DNA from: an uncultured virus (IMG/VR IMGVR_UViG_3300005265_000018)
Lineage: Duplodnaviria > Heunggongvirae > Uroviricota > Caudoviricetes
IMG/VR virus record: IMGVR_UViG_3300005265_000018
Direction: 5' to 3' (one strand)
Length of the DNA: 64,000 nt
Part shown: piece after piece, positions 58,361-64,000 of the stretch
How positions within the stretch are numbered: position 1 is the first letter of the stretch
How the letters are laid out: the number at the start of each line of letters is the position of its first letter
Translations under genes and position numbers: made by a program
Notes under the pieces: generated by a model
Database searches by the model: none
What the model saw: only the letters and a program-made list of their open reading frames with translations
What the model was told of the DNA's origin: nothing

Positions 58361-60961
58361 ATGGCAGTATACGACATTACCCAAATTGATAGCCTAGAAC
58401 ATGACACAGGTAATCCAAGTGTATTAGCTTATGCCGCTGGTTCTACGGTTAAAATTGACGATACCCATTTTATGGTTGCCTTTACGGGCAATGGCGATGT
58501 TGGCTATATTAAAACTTTTTCTGTTGATAGTAATTATAGTAATATTACCCAAATAGACAGTTTTGGTTATGATGCTAGCCAGGGGCAATATAATTCATTG
58601 GTTCAAATCGATGCTACTCATTATATTTTGGCTTATAAGGGGGCAGATGGCGATGGCTATATTAAAACTTTTTCCATTGATGGTTCTTATAATATTACCT
58701 ATCTTCATGGTTTAGAGCACCAGACGGGCACAGTAAAAACTAATTCTTTAGTTAAAATTGATAGTACCCACTTTATGTTAACTTTTGCTGATTCTGATGG
58801 TGGCTATATTAAAACTTTTTCCATTGACGGTTCTTATAATATTACCCAAATAGACAGTTTAAAACATACTACCACAGATGGAGCTTATGGTTCATTAGTC
58901 CAGATCGATGCTACTCATTATATTTTAGCACATAGAGGGGCAAATGATGATGGCTATATTAAAACTTTTTCCATCGATGATTCTTATAATATTACCCAAA
59001 TAAATAGTTTAGAACATGACACCAACCAAGGAGAAACTAATTCATTGGCTAAAATTGACGATACTCACTTTATATTAGCTTATGATGGCACAGATGGCGA
59101 TGGCTATATTAAAACTTTTTCCATTGATGGTTCTTATAATATTACCCAAATAGATAGCTTGGAACATGACACTACACGTGGGTATTATAATTCATTAGTT
59201 AAAGCTAGTGATACCATTTTTGTTTTAGCTTATCAGGGTCCAGACGGTGATGGCTATATTAAAACCTTTTCCATTGATGGTTCTTATAATATTACCCAAG
59301 AAAGTACACTTGAACATGATACAGATTATAGTATTTGGCCATCTTTAATTGAAATTAACACTGGTTATTTTGTTTTAAATTACATAAGTAGTGATTCTGA
59401 TAGTTATGTTAAAACTTTTTCAGTAGAATTGGGTGAAACTTATAATCCCGCTAATCAGTGGATATGTAATGGTTGGTCACGTATATTTCTCAATGATGTT
59501 GATGATAGGGTATCTCTTCGATTTACCGCTCAAAATTCTAAAACAGTTGAATATATTTATTGGTTTGTGTCGGGTGCCATGGGTACACCCCCCACATATC
59601 GTATTGGCCTACAAGCAGATAACGGGAGTGGATACCCCAATGGTTCTTGGCTAACGTCAGGAACAGAATCTCCCACATATATGGAGTGGTGGAAAACATC
59701 TGTACCTAATTATACTATTACTGCTGGTAATATTTATCATATAGTTGTTCAATATGAATCTGGTACTATAGATTATTCTAATTATATTGAAATGCGAGCA
59801 CTTATTCTCGCTAATTATTATTTAATTCCCTATAATCAAACAACAGACGCTAGTCAAAATGTGCTTTTTAACACATCATCACCACCATCATGGTATACCT
59901 TAAATAGAGCACCTATATACGGTCTAGGGTTTACAGACCATAGTGTGGAGGGACAACCATATGTTAGTATTGCTCATAATGGAATTTATGACAAATATCA
60001 GAAAGCACAAAAACATACAGTTTCTTCTAATATAGTAATCAGTAAAATTGGTTTTTATATAAAAAAAAATAATACCAATATACCTGCGGGTGACTTATTA
60101 TATGAAATAAAAGATTTGGCGGGTGGTGGCACTTTACGTAGTGGTACGCTCGTAACAGCTAATAGTGTTACTATCAATTTTGTATGGTATGATGTTGCCA
60201 TTGTTCCCAATTTACAATTATATAATGGGCATACTTATCGTTTTATCATAAAATCACCCAGTTCTACATCTAGTTGTTATTATTATCCTGTGGCACCATA
60301 TAGTAATATATATAGTGCTGCTTGTGCGATTGGATACCAAGGAAAAAATAGTCATTATCAATATAGTACTAGTTCGGGATGCTCTTGGATAAGTAAAACA
60401 AATAAAGATATTGTTTTCCGAATGACACAAGACACAGAAGCATCAACTAGTACTACTAGTTCAACATCTTCTAGTACCTCCAGTTCTACTTCTACTAGCA
60501 CTTCCAGCTCTACATCTTCCAGTACTAGTTCTACATCTTCGAGCACTTCTTCCTCCACCTTTTCCAGCACATCATCTTCTACTTCATCCAGTACAACCAT
60601 AACTTATAGTTCTACTTCTTCTAGCACTTCTTCTTCCACTTCTTCCAGTACTAGTTCTTCTACTTCCAGTACTAGCTCTTCCACCTCCTCTAGTACCTCT
60701 AGTTCCACCTCCTCCAGTACTTCCAGCTCAACTTCATCCAGTACCAGCTCTTCTACCACTAGTTCTACGTCTTCCAGTACATCTAGTTCCACATCTTCCA
60801 GCACCAGCTCATCTACCAGTAGCTCCACTTCTTCCAGCACCAGCTCATCTACCTCTAGCTCCACCTCAAGTTCCACTAGTTCAATGACAATAACCTACCT
60901 ATATAGCACAGTTCCCGCTCGTGGTTCACTCGATTTAATGGGTAAATACGGTATTAGATGA
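58361..60961 (+). CDS. Large putative virion protein: 7-repeat beta-propeller, two beta domains, C-terminal (SSTS)n tract
   Basis: Same propeller repeat as in 52401-55019. Confidence 0.75.
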   Translation: MAVYDITQIDSLEHDTGNPSVLAYAAGSTVKIDDTHFMVAFTGNGDVGYIKTFSVDSNYSNITQIDSFGYDASQGQYNSLVQIDATHYILAYKGADGDGYIKTFSIDGSYNITYLHGLEHQTGTVKTNSLVKIDSTHFMLTFADSDGGYIKTFSIDGSYNITQIDSLKHTTTDGAYGSLVQIDATHYILAHRGANDDGYIKTFSIDDSYNITQINSLEHDTNQGETNSLAKIDDTHFILAYDGTDGDGYIKTFSIDGSYNITQIDSLEHDTTRGYYNSLVKASDTIFVLAYQGPDGDGYIKTFSIDGSYNITQESTLEHDTDYSIWPSLIEINTGYFVLNYISSDSDSYVKTFSVELGETYNPANQWICNGWSRIFLNDVDDRVSLRFTAQNSKTVEYIYWFVSGAMGTPPTYRIGLQADNGSGYPNGSWLTSGTESPTYMEWWKTSVPNYTITAGNIYHIVVQYESGTIDYSNYIEMRALILANYYLIPYNQTTDASQNVLFNTSSPPSWYTLNRAPIYGLGFTDHSVEGQPYVSIAHNGIYDKYQKAQKHTVSSNIVISKIGFYIKKNNTNIPAGDLLYEIKDLAGGGTLRSGTLVTANSVTINFVWYDVAIVPNLQLYNGHTYRFIIKSPSSTSSCYYYPVAPYSNIYSAACAIGYQGKNSHYQYSTSSGCSWISKTNKDIVFRMTQDTEASTSTTSSTSSSTSSSTSTSTSSSTSSSTSSTSSSTSSSTFSSTSSSTSSSTTITYSSTSSSTSSSTSSSTSSSTSSTSSSTSSSTSSSTSSSTSSSTSSSTSSSTTSSTSSSTSSSTSSSTSSSTSSSTSSSTSSSTSSSTSSSTSSMTITYLYSTVPARGSLDLMGKYGIR

Positions 60962-61063
60962 GGAACTTATGTTATAATATAAATAGGAAATTCAATATAT
61001 TTTTTAATAAATTAATATATTTTATCAATAAACAATCATTGTTTCTGGTAAAATCATAAACAT

Positions 61064-62170
61064 ATCATTACAATCAAGGCTGATCATCGCCAGTTAACCA
61101 AAAACGCTAAATATTCTTATTTATCAACAAATTACCTATCAGACCAAGCTAATTTAGTAATTATTAATAGTGATGGTTTTGCTGTTAATGATTATATTCT
61201 GATAGGGGAATTTGGGTCAGAAACAACAGAAATTATTAAAGTAAACGCAGTAACACCCGCCACCCATACATTAGGCTTAGATTCCAATACCAGGTTTTCC
61301 CATGCTGAAAGTACTAAAGTCACTATTTTGAAATATAATCAGGTTAGATTTTATCATACTACCACTCCTGTTTTTTCAGCTGGAACTCCATTGGGCACAG
61401 AGGATATTCAACCAGACAATCTCAGTACTATGTACTATGATGACACCAATACCACTGGTTTTGGTTGGTTTGTTTATTTAAACCATACCACTGCCCACGC
61501 AAGTCAAAATTCTAATGCTATTCCTTACGCTGGTTTTGCTGAAAATTCAGTTAAAAAGATATTAGATAAATTTTTTAGCTTATTAAACAACAAGGAGGCA
61601 AAATTAATTAGTATTGATGATGCCTTTAGTTGGTTGAATGAAGCATATAGCATTGCTGTTAATGAGTTAAACTTGGTTAATATAGAATACAAGGCAGATG
61701 ATGGTTATGACCTAGTTACTGAAGAAGGATTAGCTGAATATAGTCTACCAGATGATTTTAGCCAGATGTTGTCGGTCTATGACAGCGACAATGATGTGGA
61801 AGTGGAACATATTGATTTATCGGATATATCTGATTGGAATTCCAATTCGGGCAATACTAGAAAATATTATTTAAGGGGCGGGTATCTTGGGTTTTCTCCA
61901 GTACCAACAGGGGCAGTGAATTATCAAATTCAATATTTAACAAAAGCAGGAACACTAACTTCATATTACCAAAATGTGGAAATGCCTGATGATAATTACC
62001 ATTTCTTGAAAGATTATATGATATTTAGAGCATATCAAAAATTAAATAGAAGTAATGCCAAAGATTCTCTTAAATTATTTAATGATGGCATATCTAGAAT
62101 GAAAATTACTTCCATAAAACAGAATGCCAATCAAGATTCGTTTGACATTTCCGATAAAGCGAATATATAA
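61064..62170 (+). CDS. Probable head-tail adaptor; frame open from 61052, likely start ATC at 61064
   Basis: WLNEAY, EYSLPDDF, GFSPVP motifs; frame extends 88 codons upstream of the track start. Confidence 0.6.
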   Translation: MITIKADHRQLTKNAKYSYLSTNYLSDQANLVIINSDGFAVNDYILIGEFGSETTEIIKVNAVTPATHTLGLDSNTRFSHAESTKVTILKYNQVRFYHTTTPVFSAGTPLGTEDIQPDNLSTMYYDDTNTTGFGWFVYLNHTTAHASQNSNAIPYAGFAENSVKKILDKFFSLLNNKEAKLISIDDAFSWLNEAYSIAVNELNLVNIEYKADDGYDLVTEEGLAEYSLPDDFSQMLSVYDSDNDVEVEHIDLSDISDWNSNSGNTRKYYLRGGYLGFSPVPTGAVNYQIQYLTKAGTLTSYYQNVEMPDDNYHFLKDYMIFRAYQKLNRSNAKDSLKLFNDGISRMKITSIKQNANQDSFDISDKANI

Positions 62171-62181
62171 CCTTAAACTAA

Positions 62182-63978
62182 ATGACTACTAAAATAGAAA
62201 AAATGAGCCGTATCCCGATTCCATACTTTGAGGGGGTTAATACTCTTGTCGGTTCTAATATTGCTAAGAAGGAAGAATTTGAATATGTTGCCAATGCTAG
62301 ATCAAAAACTATTGGCACAATTGAAAAAAGGGAGGGGACACGCCGATTAGGCAATATAATTACTGCTACTGGTAATTATGGTTTATTCTTTTTTGAAAAT
62401 AATAATGGTGTTAATACTGGATTTTTTAGAATTTCTACTGTAGCTGCTGTTACGACTATTTATTATTTAAAGACAGATGCTACATGGACACCCCTAACCG
62501 CTGAAGGAACTAATTTGTCAGCAGCCCAATTTTCTTCCACAATTGCCGAGGGGTGCTGCTTTTTAGTAAATAACACTGATGCTAATAGATATATTGAATC
62601 TGATGGCTCTACCGTTGTTACTTCAGCTGTTGCTACAGGACATCTTTATGGCAGCCCGAAAGCCAATAAAATTAATTATTATAAAGATAGATTGTATTTA
62701 GGCGATTATACTGCTACGACCCGATATAAAAATGGGATAATGATGAGTTCTAAACCACTAGGTATTGTGGCATTAGTTGATGGTGACCATGCTAATATAG
62801 CGGCTGATAGTGAAATAAAAGTTACTGATTTAAAATATATTCATAGTACTGATACATTGGATGTATACCGTGGCGGTACCAAAATAGCCGATATAACCAT
62901 AGATGCAAAAAATGCAGATGCCAATACTATTACTATTAATACAGTTACTATGGCATTTGGTACAGATTTTAAATCGGCAGATGAAATTTGGGTTGATGGA
63001 ACATATACTGGAGCAAAAAAGCTAAGATGGGCAGACAATCCCTCAAGTGGTATTGATGTTCAGGTTTACGATACACTCAAATTAACGGGAGGGCAAAATG
63101 ACAGAATTACAATGATGACTAATATTAATGATGTGATGGTTATTGGAAATAAATCCAGTCTTTCTGTATGGAATGATTATAATTTACGAAATATTGATAT
63201 TGGGGTCGGTTGTGTTTCTGACAGGGGATATGATAAGGCGTTTGGTAAATTATATTTCGTGGATTATACAGGACTATATAGTTTTAGCGGAGAGGGATTA
63301 CCCAAATTGGAATCAGCCAAAATACAAAAATATTTCGATGGAGCAACCAAGGCGGGATTAGAGGCATCGGCGGTAGGAAAGCAGGGTATGAGTATATTTG
63401 TAGCCATTGGCGATGTTACCCTTTATAAAGCAGATGGATCCATTGATAGGGAGTTAGATGATGTAGTTCTAGAATTAAATTTACGTCAGAATAATTGGTT
63501 TGTCCATACAGGACTTAAAGTTGAACAATTCGCTACTTACAATAAAAGTTCTATTGTTGACAGGCTGGAATTTGCTAGCTCTGAATCTAATTATCCCATA
63601 TTTGAATTGTTCAATGGATTTGTAGATGATGACGTAAGTAATCCTAGGGAAATTCTAATGGAAGTAGTCACGCCCCCCATTACTTTAAATAAAAATTTTG
63701 AAAATTTTTCTTACCCAACACGAATTATTGTGGAAACAGAAAGAGGTAGTAATCTTAAATGTTTTATTGCACTGGACAATGGTGATCCCTACGAAATAAA
63801 GGGAGATATTAAAAAGGGTTGTACTATCTTAAAAGTAACAAAACGAAATGATGATACCAGCGAACCGCCAAGGTGTAAACAAATTAAATTGTTTTTAAAA
63901 GATTATAGTACTCAATTATGTAAAATTTCCAGAATAGCGATAGAAGCCCTTATTACCAATGAAGAGGAATTACCCTAA
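62182..63978 (+). CDS. Probable tail nozzle / stabilisation protein (P22 gp10 or T7 gp12-like)
   Basis: FEGVNT, IEKREG, YKDRLY, GVGCVS motifs; follows the adaptor. Confidence 0.6.
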   Translation: MTTKIEKMSRIPIPYFEGVNTLVGSNIAKKEEFEYVANARSKTIGTIEKREGTRRLGNIITATGNYGLFFFENNNGVNTGFFRISTVAAVTTIYYLKTDATWTPLTAEGTNLSAAQFSSTIAEGCCFLVNNTDANRYIESDGSTVVTSAVATGHLYGSPKANKINYYKDRLYLGDYTATTRYKNGIMMSSKPLGIVALVDGDHANIAADSEIKVTDLKYIHSTDTLDVYRGGTKIADITIDAKNADANTITINTVTMAFGTDFKSADEIWVDGTYTGAKKLRWADNPSSGIDVQVYDTLKLTGGQNDRITMMTNINDVMVIGNKSSLSVWNDYNLRNIDIGVGCVSDRGYDKAFGKLYFVDYTGLYSFSGEGLPKLESAKIQKYFDGATKAGLEASAVGKQGMSIFVAIGDVTLYKADGSIDRELDDVVLELNLRQNNWFVHTGLKVEQFATYNKSSIVDRLEFASSESNYPIFELFNGFVDDDVSNPREILMEVVTPPITLNKNFENFSYPTRIIVETERGSNLKCFIALDNGDPYEIKGDIKKGCTILKVTKRNDDTSEPPRCKQIKLFLKDYSTQLCKISRIAIEALITNEEELP

Positions 63979-64000
63979 TTAACAAATTAAATTACTATGG

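Noticed and set aside
58490..59300. Near-identical repeats as a DGR template/variable pair
   Set aside because: They are in-frame propeller blades, differences are not adenine-specific, and there is no reverse transcriptase in the window
33574..60876. Long Glu/Val/Leu-rich antisense ORFs and Leu/Pro/Val-rich shifted-frame ORFs over the SSTS tracts
   Set aside because: Shadow frames: runs of Ser/Thr codons cannot produce stops in those frames

Overview
AT-rich segment of a tailed dsDNA phage or prophage; adaptor and nozzle-like genes suggest a podovirus-type virion. Most genes have A-rich leaders without a Shine-Dalgarno sequence, and the host cannot be assigned. Layout: (1) 1-12.5 kb, two convergent arrays of small hypothetical genes with consensus sigma70 promoters, repeated RNA hairpins and twin micro-peptide genes; (2) 12.5-13.9 kb, a strand-switch region with a symmetric dif-like site and 4 x 26-bp repeats; (3) DNA methyltransferases, an HU-like gene, terminase, portal and scaffold; (4) a major capsid gene split by five group I introns into six exons (two only 13-14 nt), reconstructed from P1/P10 pairing as 417 aa, with two related introns apparently ending in A instead of omega-G; (5) a papain-like peptidase with holin-like genes; (6) a ~10-kb glycosyltransferase/methyltransferase/kinase cluster; (7) an intron-split metallophosphoesterase, a decayed paralogue, a dNMP kinase and TnpB; (8) large putative virion proteins with long (SSTS)n mucin-like tracts. 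Best candidates for a new system are phage-encoded O-glycosylation of mucin-like virion proteins and an omega-A group I intron lineage. All calls come from reading motifs by eye; no searches were run.
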